Part shown: piece by piece, positions 21,567 to 31,494 of the stretch
Position numbering within the stretch: the stretch's first letter is position 1
Layout: the number at the start of each line of letters is the position of its first letter
DNA from: Lacticaseibacillus nasuensis JCM 17158
GTDB lineage: Bacteria > Bacillota > Bacilli > Lactobacillales > Lactobacillaceae
Assembly (NCBI RefSeq): GCF_001434705.1
Contig: NZ_AZDJ01000013.1
Location: 140,542 to 204,541, forward strand
Direction of reading: 5' to 3'
DNA: 64,000 nt
Translations under genes and position numbers: made by a program
The notes under the pieces: model-generated
What the model was told of the DNA's origin: nothing
The model's input: the letters and a program-made list of their open reading frames with translations, nothing else
Database searches by the model: none

Positions 21567-23828
21567 ATGAAACAGTTAGACAAGACCCAAGCCCAGACTT
21601 ACTGGGAAGGCTTTAAGGGTGGGGCGTGGCAAGAAGAGATCAACGTCCGCGACTTTATCCAACAGAACCTGCACCAATACGATGGCGACGAATCTTTCTT
21701 GGCCGGCCCAACTGAGGCCACGACGGTCCTGAACAATCAGGTGTTGAACCTGAAGAAGCAAGAACGCGAAAACGGCGGCGTCTTGGATGCCGACAATAAT
21801 GTGGTGGCGACGATCACCAGCCACGGCCCGGGCTACTTGAACAAGGACCTGGAAAAAATCGTCGGTGTGCAAACCGACGCGCCGTTCAAGCGGGCCTTCA
21901 TGCCGTTTGGGGGCATTCGCATGGCCGAAGACGCGTTGAAGGCATATGGCTTCGATACGGATCCGGAGATGCACAAGATCTTCACCGAATATCGCAAGAC
22001 CCATAACCAAGGCGTCTTCGATGCTTACACGCCAGACATGCGCAAGGCGCGTCACTACAAGATCGTGACCGGCTTGCCAGACGCCTACGCTCGTGGCCGG
22101 ATTGTCGCGGACTTCCCGCGGATTGCCATTTACGGGATCGACCGCTTGATGGCCGAAAAGGCGCATGATTTTGAAAACATCGGCGACGGTGAAATGACCG
22201 ACGACGTCATTCGCCTGCGCGAAGAGGTGCAGGATCAATACCGTGCCTTGAACGACATGAAGAAAATGGCGGCCAGCTACGGCTATGACATTTCCCGCCC
22301 GGCGACCAACGCCCAAGAAGCCATTCAGTGGATCTACTTCGGCTACCTGGCCGCGGTGAAGACGCAAAACGGCGCGGCGATGTCCGTGGGCCGCATCGAC
22401 ACGGTTATCGACGCATACATCGATCGCGACTTGAAGCTTGGCCGCATCAACGAAGAAGAAGCGCAAGAAATGATCGACCACTTCGTCATGAAGCTGCGCA
22501 TGGTGCGCTTCATCCGCACGGAAGACTACAACGCTTTGTTCTCCGGCGACCCGATTTGGGCGACCCTGTCGATTTGTGGCATGGGCAACGACGGGCGCCA
22601 TCACGTGACCAAGACCGCCTTCCGCTTCCTGAAGACCCTCGACAACATGGGCGCGGCACCGGAACCCAACATTACGCTGTTGTGGTCCGAACGCCTGCCA
22701 GAAGGCTTCAAGCGCTACGCGACGGAAGTGTCCATCACCAGCTCCACGATTCAGTACGAAAACGACGACTTGATGCGCGACGAATGGGGCACCGACTACT
22801 ACGGCATCGCCTGCTGTGTTTCCGCCCAACCAATCTCCGATGGGGTGCAATACTTCGGGGCGCGCGCCAACTTGGCCAAGGCCATCTTGTATGCGATCAA
22901 CGGCGGCAAGGACGAACTCGGCGAAGTGCAGGTCGGCCCAGAAAGTGGCGCAATCACCGATGACGTCATCGACTACGATACCTTCATGCACAAATTCGAC
23001 GTGCAGCTGAGCTGGTTGGCCGACACCTACGTCAACGCCTTGAACACGATTCACTACATGCACGACAAGTACTACTATGAATCCGCCCAGCTGGCGCTGA
23101 AGAACACCCGCCTGGATCGCACATTCGCCACCGGGATTTCCGGGTTCTCCCACGCGGTGGACTCCATTTCCGCCATCAAGTACGGTAAGGTGCACCCAGT
23201 TCGCGACGAAAACGGCATCGCCGTTGACTTCACCGTTGAAAATGACGACTATCCGCGCTACGGGAACAACGACGACCGCGCCGACGACATCGCCAAGTGG
23301 CTGGTCAAGCACTTCTATGAAATGATGAACACGCACCACCTGTACCGTGGGGCCAAGTTGTCCACCAGTGTCTTGACGATTACCTCCAATGTCGTTTATG
23401 GTAAGAACACCGGCACGACACCAAACGGGCGGCAAAAAGGCGAACCATTCTCCCCAGGGGCCAACCCGGCTTACGGGGCAGAAAAGAACGGCGCCTTGGC
23501 CTCCCTGATGTCCACGGCGAAGATTCCTTACCACTACGCTACCGACGGGATTTCCAATACCTTCGGCGTGACGCCGAACACCTTGGGTCATGACGACGAG
23601 ACCCGCAAGGACACGTTGGTGAACATGGTTGATGGTTACATGGCTAACCACGGCATGCACTTGAACATCAACGTCTTCAACAAGGAAACGCTGATCGATG
23701 CGCAAAAGCATCCGGAAGAATACCCAACGTTGACTGTCCGGGTCTCGGGCTACTGCGTCTACTTTGCAGACCTGACCAAGGAACAACAAGACGACGTCAT
23801 CGCGCGGACCTTCTTCGAAGAAATGTAG
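21567..23828 (+). CDS. pflB: formate C-acetyltransferase (pyruvate formate-lyase)
   Basis: RBS taaggagg; 754 aa; glycyl-radical motif near C-terminus (RVSGYCVYF); catalytic Cys-Cys (IACCVS). Confidence 0.95.
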   Translation: MKQLDKTQAQTYWEGFKGGAWQEEINVRDFIQQNLHQYDGDESFLAGPTEATTVLNNQVLNLKKQERENGGVLDADNNVVATITSHGPGYLNKDLEKIVGVQTDAPFKRAFMPFGGIRMAEDALKAYGFDTDPEMHKIFTEYRKTHNQGVFDAYTPDMRKARHYKIVTGLPDAYARGRIVADFPRIAIYGIDRLMAEKAHDFENIGDGEMTDDVIRLREEVQDQYRALNDMKKMAASYGYDISRPATNAQEAIQWIYFGYLAAVKTQNGAAMSVGRIDTVIDAYIDRDLKLGRINEEEAQEMIDHFVMKLRMVRFIRTEDYNALFSGDPIWATLSICGMGNDGRHHVTKTAFRFLKTLDNMGAAPEPNITLLWSERLPEGFKRYATEVSITSSTIQYENDDLMRDEWGTDYYGIACCVSAQPISDGVQYFGARANLAKAILYAINGGKDELGEVQVGPESGAITDDVIDYDTFMHKFDVQLSWLADTYVNALNTIHYMHDKYYYESAQLALKNTRLDRTFATGISGFSHAVDSISAIKYGKVHPVRDENGIAVDFTVENDDYPRYGNNDDRADDIAKWLVKHFYEMMNTHHLYRGAKLSTSVLTITSNVVYGKNTGTTPNGRQKGEPFSPGANPAYGAEKNGALASLMSTAKIPYHYATDGISNTFGVTPNTLGHDDETRKDTLVNMVDGYMANHGMHLNINVFNKETLIDAQKHPEEYPTLTVRVSGYCVYFADLTKEQQDDVIARTFFEEM

Positions 23829-23849
23829 TCAACTCACAGTCATGCGGCA

Positions 23850-23878
23850 ACGGGAGCCTTTCGTGGCTCCCGTTTTTG
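23850..23878 (+). terminator. rho-independent terminator after pflB
   Basis: ACGGGAGCC-tttcgt-GGCTCCCGT + TTTTT. Confidence 0.8.
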
Positions 23879-23903
23879 CCAAACCGGGAACGGAGGAATG
23901 ATC

Positions 23904-24743
23904 ATGAAACTATTCGATACGACCGCACCATTGAATGTCTTGGATCAAATCGGCGTCGCTGCTGACGGTCCGATCAAAGGCTACGTGCACTCCGTTGAAA
24001 GCTTCGGTGCCGTTGACGGCCCCGGCATTCGCTTCACCGCATTCCTCCAAGGCTGTCGCATGCGCTGTCAGTACTGCCACAATCCCGACACCTGGAACAT
24101 TGGGGTGGGGGAGGAAATGACCGCCGCGCAACTGCTCGACGATGCCGAGCGCTACAAGGCATTTTGGGGCGCCACCGGTGGCATCACCTGCAGCGGCGGC
24201 GAGTCGCTGGTGCAACTCGATTTTCTGGTCGACTTGTTTACGCAGGCCAAAGCGCGCGGCATCTCGACTTGTTTGGATACGTCCGGTCAGCCGTTCACGC
24301 GCGACGAGCCGTGGTTCAGCCAGTTCAAGGCGCTGATGGCGGTGACTGACATTTCACTCGTCGACATCAAGCATATCAACTCTACGGAGCACAAGAAGCT
24401 CACCGGCTTCGGCAACGAAAATATTCTCGACATGATTGAGTGGATGAGTGCCAATGGTTGCGACATGTGGATCCGCCACGTGTTAGTGCCCGAACGCACC
24501 GATGATGATCGCTACTTGGCCGAACTCGGCGACTACATCAAGACCCTCGATCACGTCCAGAAGGTAGAAATCCTGCCGTACCACACCCTTGGCGTAAAAA
24601 AATATCACGAATTGGGCATCACGTATCCATTAGAAGGAATCGAACCACCGACCGCCGACCGGGTGAAAAACGCTGAAGCACTGCTACATACAGCCGATTA
24701 CACCGGGTACAAGACCTGGCGGCCAGCTCAAAATCAGAAATAA
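23904..24743 (+). CDS. pflA: pyruvate formate-lyase activating enzyme (radical SAM)
   Basis: RBS ggagg; CRMRCQYCHNPDTW CxxxCxxC radical-SAM cluster motif. Confidence 0.9.
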   Translation: MKLFDTTAPLNVLDQIGVAADGPIKGYVHSVESFGAVDGPGIRFTAFLQGCRMRCQYCHNPDTWNIGVGEEMTAAQLLDDAERYKAFWGATGGITCSGGESLVQLDFLVDLFTQAKARGISTCLDTSGQPFTRDEPWFSQFKALMAVTDISLVDIKHINSTEHKKLTGFGNENILDMIEWMSANGCDMWIRHVLVPERTDDDRYLAELGDYIKTLDHVQKVEILPYHTLGVKKYHELGITYPLEGIEPPTADRVKNAEALLHTADYTGYKTWRPAQNQK

Positions 24744-24762
24744 AATTTAAGAATATTGACTC

Positions 24763-24801
24763 GGGGAAGCGACTAAAGCGGTTGCTTCCCGTCTTTTTTT
24801 A
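24763..24801 (+). terminator. rho-independent terminator after pflA
   Basis: CGGGGAAGC-loop-GCTTCCCG + TCTTTTTTT. Confidence 0.75.
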
Positions 24802-24849
24802 CCTTATCATTAGCTAGAAGTGTATTTAAGCCAAGATAAAGGAGCGGGA

Positions 24850-25824
24850 GTGAAAATGAAGACCAAACAAGAGAGTATTTTCTCGTCGAAAACGCTGACG
24901 TACTTCCTGCAGCTCGCCGATACGATGAATTATACGCAAGCCGCGCAGTTGCTTGGGATTACCCAGCCGGCCTTGACGCAACAAATCAAGAAGTTGGAGC
25001 GCACGGTGGGGGCACCGTTGTTCTATTCTGTGGGTAAGAAGCTCCACCTGTCTGAGGCGGGGCGGACGATGCTGGCCGCCACGCACGATATTTACGAAGT
25101 GCTCAACCGAGCCGCCGACGAGATTCAGCAAACGACCAGTTCAGAAACCGGCCAAATCTCCGTGGGCATCTTGGCTTCGGTGGAGGACTCCGCGTTTACC
25201 GCTTTTGCGGCCGAATACTATAAGCAACACCCAGACATCGAGCTGGTGTACCGCATGATGACGCGGCACGAAATTTGGGAGCAATTAGAGAACAACCAAA
25301 TTGACTTGGCCATCATGTACCTCCCGGATCCAACGATCAAAAACTGGAAGCCCTACGACACCCGCAAGATTTTCGACGAGCAGCTCATGTTCTTGCACCA
25401 CGACGACAAACTCTCGCAGCGCAAACGCATCCACTTCCGCGACACGATTAATTCGCCTTGGGTCACGTACCCGGAGGATTATTTCTTGAGCCACTTGCTC
25501 AAGGAAGCCTATAAGAACCAAATGGTGGACTATCCGAAGGCCGTTGCTCAGTTCACCACGCCGGCGCAGCTGACGCAGTTTCTGAATCGCACCGGCGTCA
25601 ATACGGCGTTACCGATGACGTACTACCAAGCGCACCGCGAGCAGATTCACGCCTACGCGGTATCGTTTGAGCCGGCGGTGAACTTCAACTTGTCCTTCGT
25701 CTATCGCAAGGGCAAGGAGGTCATTCCGCGGATTCAGACCTTCCTGGACGCGTTTTACGCCTATCTCGACGATGAAGATTACCTCTCGCGGGTGCATGAC
25801 AACCGTGTTACACTTAACGAGTAA
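24850..25824 (+). CDS. LysR-family transcriptional regulator
   Basis: N-terminal HTH LTYFLQLADTMNYTQAAQLLGITQPALTQQIKKLE; C-terminal substrate-binding domain. GTG24850 or ATG24856 start after RBS aaggag. Confidence 0.8.
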   Translation: MKMKTKQESIFSSKTLTYFLQLADTMNYTQAAQLLGITQPALTQQIKKLERTVGAPLFYSVGKKLHLSEAGRTMLAATHDIYEVLNRAADEIQQTTSSETGQISVGILASVEDSAFTAFAAEYYKQHPDIELVYRMMTRHEIWEQLENNQIDLAIMYLPDPTIKNWKPYDTRKIFDEQLMFLHHDDKLSQRKRIHFRDTINSPWVTYPEDYFLSHLLKEAYKNQMVDYPKAVAQFTTPAQLTQFLNRTGVNTALPMTYYQAHREQIHAYAVSFEPAVNFNLSFVYRKGKEVIPRIQTFLDAFYAYLDDEDYLSRVHDNRVTLNE

Positions 25825-25854
25825 CCATTTTATTGCAAGGGAGATAACCACCAC

Positions 25855-26787
25855 ATGACGACATTGATTTTTGGCCACCAAAATCCCGACACCGACGCGA
25901 TTACCAGCGCGATGACCTTCGCGGAATATCAGCGGCAACTGGGGAACACCGACGTTGAGGCCGTGGCCTTGGGGGAACCAAACGACGAAACCAAATTTGC
26001 TTTGAATTACTTCAAGCACGCGCTGCCACGGGTCATCACTAGCGCCGCCAACGAAACCGACACGGTGATGCTGGTCGATCACAACGAAGCGCAGCAAAGC
26101 GTTGCTGACATCAAGGACGTCACGGTTACCGCCGTGGTGGATCACCATCGAATCGCCAACTTTGAAACTGCCGCGCCGCTGTTTTATCGTGCGGAACCAA
26201 TCGGCAGCACGAATTCGGTTTTGTACAAGATGTATCAAGAAGCGGGCATTGCTATCACGCCGCAAATCGCGGGCTTAATGATCAGTGGCATCGTGTCCGA
26301 CACGTTGCTGCTGAAGAGCCCAACTACCACGGCCACGGAACGCGATATTTTGCCTAAACTGGCCAAGATTGCCGGCATCGACTTGCAGGAATTCGGCTTA
26401 GCCATGCTGAAGGCTGGCACGAACTTGGCGGCAAAGAGTGATTTAGACATCGTCGAAGGCGACGCCAAGAGTTTCAACATGGGCGGGTTAACTGTCCGCA
26501 TCGGTCAGGTCAACACCGTGGATCTCAACGAAATCTATGCACGCCAAGCCGATTTAACGGCGACCATGCAGCAAGAAGCCACGAAACACCAATACGATTT
26601 ATTCTTGTTGATTGCGACCAACATTTTGGATAGCGATTCAACAGGCTTTGCGGTTGGTACTGGCTTAGACAAGCTTGAGGCCGCATTTGGGACCAAGTTT
26701 GATGCAGATCACCGCTTGGCCTTGCCAGGCGTCGTGTCACGCAAGAAGCAAGTCGTGCCACCATTGCAAAAAGCATTTGAAGCGTAG
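25855..26787 (+). CDS. ppaC: manganese-dependent inorganic pyrophosphatase (family II, DHH)
   Basis: MTTLIFGHQNPDTDAITSAMTFAEYQ...DHH...; 310 aa, typical PpaC. Confidence 0.9.
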   Translation: MTTLIFGHQNPDTDAITSAMTFAEYQRQLGNTDVEAVALGEPNDETKFALNYFKHALPRVITSAANETDTVMLVDHNEAQQSVADIKDVTVTAVVDHHRIANFETAAPLFYRAEPIGSTNSVLYKMYQEAGIAITPQIAGLMISGIVSDTLLLKSPTTTATERDILPKLAKIAGIDLQEFGLAMLKAGTNLAAKSDLDIVEGDAKSFNMGGLTVRIGQVNTVDLNEIYARQADLTATMQQEATKHQYDLFLLIATNILDSDSTGFAVGTGLDKLEAAFGTKFDADHRLALPGVVSRKKQVVPPLQKAFEA

Positions 26788-26793
26788 TTCGGT

Positions 26794-26824
26794 AAGCAGT
26801 TCCGATGTGGAGCTGCTTTTTTGG
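26794..26824 (+). terminator. rho-independent terminator after ppaC
   Basis: AAGCAGTTCC-gatgt-GGAGCTGCTT + TTTTTT. Confidence 0.7.
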
Positions 26825-27220
26825 TGCGCAAGGGGGCTTATTTGTTGGTGGCAAAGGGCTCGCGGCTGGTGGACAAATCTTCCGAGACACTACTTCGCAT
26901 AATATATATTATGTAAACTAGAATACAACAAACGGATATTAAGCTAAAGTTCAACTGCTTTTCGCATATTCCCTATCTAGTCTAGTCTAGCGATACTTCG
27001 TCGGCATCAACGCAGGACGAATCTAAAACTCAAGGTTGGCCAACAGCGAGCTGATACGAACAGGTGCGCCGCGACAAAATTTTGTCGCAGAGCACTCAGT
27101 TAACTAATGACTTGGTTGATCCTCACACTGCGGTTTGCTCAAATCTATCAGCAAACCAAATTAGCGCTTGAACACGCGATTGACCTGAGTTAATTCATCC
27201 TCAGACAGTGCCTGTACGGC

Positions 27221-27316
27221 TCAAAGCACACCATACTTTACAGCTAACGCGATGACCAAGAATGGCACGCCCAACATCAGCAGATACTAAATAATCGCGA
27301 TCGATGAACCCATCAT
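27221..27316 (-). other. tiny split hydrophobic ORF: RBS GGAGGTG + MMGSSIAII* (TAG), 9 nt, then in-frame MLGVPFLVIALAVKYGVL*
   Basis: Seen directly in sequence. Strong RBS 7 nt upstream of ATGATG. Both pieces are in the same frame, separated by TAG. Combined 31-aa peptide would be a single TM helix. Confidence 0.3.
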
Positions 27317-27352
27317 CAGAATGCACCTCCGCAGATTCGCGCGTTGCTAGCC

Positions 27353-27380
27353 AGTATATTGGTAGCGTGAGCCTTTTCAA
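27353..27380 (-). promoter_or_regulatory. sigma-A-type promoter on minus strand (TTGAAA-16-TATACT)
   Basis: Minus-strand TTGAAA (27380-27375) and TATACT (27358-27353); drives the tiny ORFs below. Confidence 0.4.
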
Positions 27381-27431
27381 TATGGATGACAAGGAATCGA
27401 CTCAATCCGCGATTTGATTTTGCTTTTCGTC

Positions 27432-27460
27432 ATGAAAAAGCGCTCGCTACTAAGCGAGCG
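27432..27460 (-). terminator. rho-independent terminator (minus) downstream of the 3-gene islet
   Basis: Minus strand: GCGCTCGCT-tagt-AGCGAGCGC followed by TTTTTCAT, directly after stop of ORF 27467-27802. Confidence 0.65.
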
Positions 27461-27466
27461 CGACTA

Positions 27467-27802
27467 TCAATCAATGTTGGGGTTAACGAACGAGTTTTCT
27501 AGGTTAAATTTCAATGATGGCACGGATTCGTCGATGCATTCGTTCCAATAACGGACATGTTGTTGGTCGATGGGATCTCGACTGGCTGTCACGGCTTGCT
27601 CAGCCGGCGCGAAGGCATCCGAATACCAGCACAGATACAGCCGCGAGCCAATCGTCACGGAAAAAATCTGCTCACGACTGAGATGCTCCGGCACCAACGT
27701 CTGGTTAACCGCTGCCGTATGTTCACGTAGAAACGCGAGCCATTCGTGCGCCACAGTGAGCTTGTCCGGTTTTACCGCGAAGCCCTCAAGTTCAATTGTC
27801 AT
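27467..27802 (-). CDS. hypothetical acidic cytosolic protein, 111 aa
   Basis: MTIELEGFAVKPDKLTVAHEWLAFLREH...; start overlaps stop of upstream YcxB-like gene (operon); no family recognised. Confidence 0.55.
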   Translation of the reverse strand: MTIELEGFAVKPDKLTVAHEWLAFLREHTAAVNQTLVPEHLSREQIFSVTIGSRLYLCWYSDAFAPAEQAVTASRDPIDQQHVRYWNECIDESVPSLKFNLENSFVNPNID

Positions 27803-28313
27803 TTTGTCCCTCCCATTGCTCAGCCGTCAGACACTGGCTAAACCAGTTACGCAACTCGGCAACCTGTGCCGACGTTAAGTCGCTTTTAGGTAGCAGTTGC
27901 GCCTGGCGCTTAGCAATCATCAAAATAAAGAGTTGCGGCTCTTCAACGACTCGCTGATAACCCGACCAGTCGATGTGACCATGAGTATTCGTCATCGTGG
28001 TGGTGATGCCTGTCTCATCGATTTGCACGGCGCGCGCCGCGAATAATTGTGCGTTGGCCGCTGCCTGATAACTTTGTTTGGTCCGGTGATCTCTCAACCA
28101 GCGGTAAAACCAGATATACACCCCGCCAAAGCCGAGAAAAAACCAGCCAATCGGTCTGCCGAGAATCACAATGATGAGACCCAATCCGGCGAGGAGCGCG
28201 CCTAGGCAATCAATTAGCCGGTTGGTCCACCTGGCCTGGTGATCGGTGCGCTGGAACCAGTGCTGATAAGCAAGATAATCAGCAAAGCTAATTTCAACAT
28301 CCTTGATGAGCAT
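27792..28313 (-). CDS. YcxB-like membrane protein (2 TM + bacterial PH-like C-terminal domain), 173 aa
   Basis: Central hairpin of two TM helices (LGALLAGLGLIIVILGRPIGWFFLGFGGVYIWFY) then an ETGI...W.GY...EE..LFIL......A.LLPK C-terminal region, as in the YcxB/bPH architecture. Confidence 0.55.
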   Translation of the reverse strand: MLIKDVEISFADYLAYQHWFQRTDHQARWTNRLIDCLGALLAGLGLIIVILGRPIGWFFLGFGGVYIWFYRWLRDHRTKQSYQAAANAQLFAARAVQIDETGITTTMTNTHGHIDWSGYQRVVEEPQLFILMIAKRQAQLLPKSDLTSAQVAELRNWFSQCLTAEQWEGQNDN

Positions 28314-28338
28314 GCTGCTGCTTCCCTTCGAACAAACG

Positions 28339-28908
28339 TTAATACCCTAAGTAACTGATCAGCATGTGACTGACAATCGCCAGGAAAAATAACCCCAACG
28401 CCCCAAACAAATACTTGCTGGTGCTCAGTAGCTGGCCGAGCCACCGGTGGTCAATGGCGACGGTGAGCTGCTTAAACTGCTTCGCGTCAGTGAGTCGCAG
28501 GTGATCTAAGGCGGCAAATTGAGCTTGCTGCAATTTCTGCCAGCCTAGAATTGCAACACAGGATGCGCAGATGGCAAGAATTAGCCACCACCAGGTGAAC
28601 GTGACCCCACCCCACCCGGACAATTCGGGGATGGCCGCGCCCACTGCCCCTACCAAAGCAAGTCCCGCAATCGTACCCGCGCCGAACCACTGACGCAAAA
28701 GGGCTTCATAGTGCGCATCAACTTGGCTCACGGCCCACTGAATACGACCGTAGTGCCTAACTTTGGCTAATCCCCGCAGTGACCGCGAAGTATCAGCGCT
28801 GGGCCGATTGTGCAACGCATCGCGCAACACCAGGGCAAAGAAGCCGAGTAGGAGCGCCGCTAGGACGAGAAAAACGAGTGGTAAGTAAATTAAGGCTTGA
28901 TTCATCAT
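28339..28908 (-). CDS. hypothetical integral membrane protein (about 4 TM), 189 aa
   Basis: MMNQALIYLPLVFLVLAALLLGFFALVL...; four hydrophobic segments; first gene of the co-oriented islet; ~48% GC. Confidence 0.5.
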   Translation of the reverse strand: MMNQALIYLPLVFLVLAALLLGFFALVLRDALHNRPSADTSRSLRGLAKVRHYGRIQWAVSQVDAHYEALLRQWFGAGTIAGLALVGAVGAAIPELSGWGGVTFTWWWLILAICASCVAILGWQKLQQAQFAALDHLRLTDAKQFKQLTVAIDHRWLGQLLSTSKYLFGALGLFFLAIVSHMLISYLGY

Positions 28909-29086
28909 TGACCAGCTTTCTAAACAAAATATGATAACTTGGTCAATGATAAGCAGCGGATGTGTGCATCCTGCGAGCGAACCATGAAGATTGCGTGATG
29001 TTCATATCATCGCCGTCCACCGCAAAAAGTTCCCAAAAGTTGAGGACACAACTCACCCGCAGATACATGGTTAACTGACGGGCTAT

Positions 29087-29902
29087 CTATTCGTTATGCG
29101 CTGCCAGCACGGCCTCAATTACTTGGCTAACGCCATAGTCTTCGTTGCTCGCGGTGGCGTACTTTGCATATTGGCGAACCCCACGATTGGCGTTGGCTAC
29201 CACGTAACTGTAGCCGACAGTTTGCAACATCTCGGCGTCGTTATAGTTATCGCCAATTGCCAACATCTCAGATGGCGCGATACCAAGGTGTTCCCCGAGC
29301 ACCCGCAAGCCGTGCCCTTTATCGACGCCGCGCGGCATGAGATCGATCCAGACATCGCCGCTGACAGACACAGAATAATCGTCGCCATAGCGTGGTGCGA
29401 GCACTTCGTCATACACGCGTTGCGAGTCCCCTTGTGGTAAATACACCGTGACCTTGTCCACGTCTGCGATTTCGTTGCCCAAATCCGCAACGTAATCTAA
29501 TTGATGGTAAAACTCACGGAACACGTCATCATACTCGGCGCTTTCTGTTGGGGCAATGGCGCCGCTGACCGCGCACAGCATGGGAATGCCATCAGTATGG
29601 GCCAGCGTGTGGCGGACCATATCTTGATAGGCCGCTGTCGCCAGCAAGGTCGTATCGATGACCTGATCATGCGCGGCGACCACGGCCCCATTGTCGCTGA
29701 CAAAGGCCAATTCGGCAGCCGAGGCTGCAAACATTTCGGTTAAGGTGTATAGCGGCCGCCCACTGGCTGGAACGAACTGGATCCCAGCTTGGTGGAGGCG
29801 CGTCAATAATTGGTCGAAGTGCGGCGGTAGCTGGCTGGCTTCGGTGAGTAACGTGTGGTCCATGTCGGCAGCAATTAATCGTACTTGGGCTAAGTCTGGC
29901 AA
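29087..29902 (-). CDS. Cof-type HAD-IIB family hydrolase
   Basis: RBS aggaggag then TTG start; HAD motif I LIAADMDHTLL; Cof-like cap; motif IV GDNYNDAEM. Track ORF has a 25-codon spurious N-extension. Confidence 0.8.
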   Translation of the reverse strand: MPDLAQVRLIAADMDHTLLTEASQLPPHFDQLLTRLHQAGIQFVPASGRPLYTLTEMFAASAAELAFVSDNGAVVAAHDQVIDTTLLATAAYQDMVRHTLAHTDGIPMLCAVSGAIAPTESAEYDDVFREFYHQLDYVADLGNEIADVDKVTVYLPQGDSQRVYDEVLAPRYGDDYSVSVSGDVWIDLMPRGVDKGHGLRVLGEHLGIAPSEMLAIGDNYNDAEMLQTVGYSYVVANANRGVRQYAKYATASNEDYGVSQVIEAVLAAHNE

Positions 29903-29912
29903 TTTTCTCCTC

Positions 29913-30467
29913 CTAGCGGACAAAGGCAAGGTAATAGCTGACAGCGCTGACGGTTTGAGCCGAGGCCATCCGCCCATCTTTCACGGCGGCAATCACCTCA
30001 GCCAGTGGAACGAAATCGCTGGTGACGAACTCGTCTTGGTCAAAATGCTTGCTGGCGCGCTGGGCCGGATCCACCGTGACCAACATTAAGTGAACGACTT
30101 CATCCGTCATCCCCTCGCTGGAGCGAATTGCGGTCATTTCCGTCACCGTTTGTGCCACGAAGCCGGTTTCTTCTTGCAACTCGCGGCGGGCGGCGGCTTC
30201 AACGGATTCGCCTGGATCGATTAACCCGGCCGGCAGCGCGAAGGATTCAGCGTTGATACCCACCCGGTATTCGCGATTGACCAGGACCTGTTCATCTGCC
30301 GTCAGCGCCAGCAACGCAACCGCCGGGGCGTGCCTGACTAAATCGCGGGTGACCGTTAAGCCATCCGGCGTGTGGATGGTTTGTTGAACGATATCGAAGA
30401 TGTGGCCAGAATAGAGCTGACGTTCCGCCTGAATGTCGCCGGCGGCAGTGTGACGCGTAATTTCCAT
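29913..30467 (-). CDS. NUDIX hydrolase (ADP-ribose pyrophosphatase-like)
   Basis: Nudix box GLIDPGESVEAAARRELQEETG. Confidence 0.85.
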   Translation of the reverse strand: MEITRHTAAGDIQAERQLYSGHIFDIVQQTIHTPDGLTVTRDLVRHAPAVALLALTADEQVLVNREYRVGINAESFALPAGLIDPGESVEAAARRELQEETGFVAQTVTEMTAIRSSEGMTDEVVHLMLVTVDPAQRASKHFDQDEFVTSDFVPLAEVIAAVKDGRMASAQTVSAVSYYLAFVR

Positions 30468-30481
30468 GAGTTCTCCTTCAT

Positions 30482-30502
30482 AAAAAGCCGGCTGCCGCCG
30501 GC
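30482..30502 (-). terminator. rho-independent terminator after degV (minus)
   Basis: Minus strand: AAGCCGGCGGCAGCCGGCTT followed by TTTTTAT. Confidence 0.65.
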
Positions 30503-31368
30503 TTATTTCGTGGTGTCTTTGATCCAGGCCAAGGCGATGGCCTTTTCCCCGAGGTGTGTGCCGATGACTGGGCCAAAATAGGAACGGCCGAATTCGACCG
30601 CCGGGAACTTCGCGGCGAGTTCTGCCTGCCAGGCGTCACCGGCTGTCGGGTCGTTGGCGTCCAGCACCCAGGCTTTGAGCGGGTAGTCCACCTTCGTCAA
30701 GTCAGCGGCAAATAAGTCCTCGATTCGCGCGTAGGCTTTTTTTAGCGAGCGAATCTTTTCGAACGCGACGATCTTGTGGCTGTCATCATCGAAGGTCAAC
30801 AGAGGTTTGATCTTCAACATCCCACCGACAAACGCCGCGGCGTTGCTGAGGCGGCCGCCACGTACGAGATTTTGCAGGTCGTTGACGATAAAGTACTCCC
30901 CCATCGTCGCCCGCAAATCATCCAAGGCGGGCAAGATTTGCTCGACGGTGCGACCGGCTTGAGCCAGACGAGCGGCGGTCATCACCAGTTCACCCATGAG
31001 AATGACGGTGATTTGCGAATCATAAACGGTGACCTTAGTGTTGTGCACCTCGCTCACCGCGCCTTTTAACGTGTTGACGAATCCGGAAATGGTACTCGCG
31101 AGGTGGATGCTGATGACGTGGTCGTAGCCTTCGTTACCGAGGTCCTCATAAATCTTCAACACCTCGCCCAGCGGCGGCTGCGAGGTGCTTGGGAAAGTCT
31201 TGGCGGTGCGAAGCCGTTCATAATACTCTGCGGTGCTGATGTCCTTGCCTTCGTCATAGACGGTACCGTCTAGGATCACCGGAATGGGCACGACTTTAAT
31301 GTTGAATTGTGCGATGTCCGCTGGGGAAAGATACGCGGTGCTGTCCGTGACAACGGCGATCTTCATGA
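30503..31368 (-). CDS. DegV-family fatty-acid-binding protein
   Basis: RBS aaaggggtg; MKIAVVTDSTAYLSPADIAQFNIKVVPIPVILDG...; classic DegV N-terminus. Track ORF extends 45 codons upstream. Confidence 0.85.
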
Positions 31369-31494
31369 CATTCACCCCTTTACTAGAATTAACTTGTCTA
31401 ACCTTACCATGAAAACCAACATTTTTGAACTGTCCTGGGTTATTTTGTGCCTGCAGAGTGCGGTACAATAGACCTACTGAATTGGAGGACGAAC

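Larger units (their letters stand above)
26830..27466. other. AT-rich (~30-40% GC) ORF-poor 640-bp region with palindromes, a CTAG pentamer repeat and a strong internal promoter
   Basis: GC drops sharply relative to ~60% flanks. No ORF >63 aa. Perfect 18-bp palindrome GCGACAAAATTTTGTCGC (27071-27088). Hairpin GGTTTGCT-N10-AGCAAACC (27132-27157). (TCTAG)x3 at 26976-26990. Confidence 0.6.

Noticed and set aside
21576-23789. 737-aa minus-strand ORF antisense to pflB
   Set aside because: Same GC-driven antisense artefact; pflB on the plus strand has unmistakable conservation.
27201-27392. 63-aa minus-strand ORF in the AT-rich region
   Set aside because: No RBS. A different frame carries the RBS-linked tiny hydrophobic ORFs, which are the more plausible translated products.
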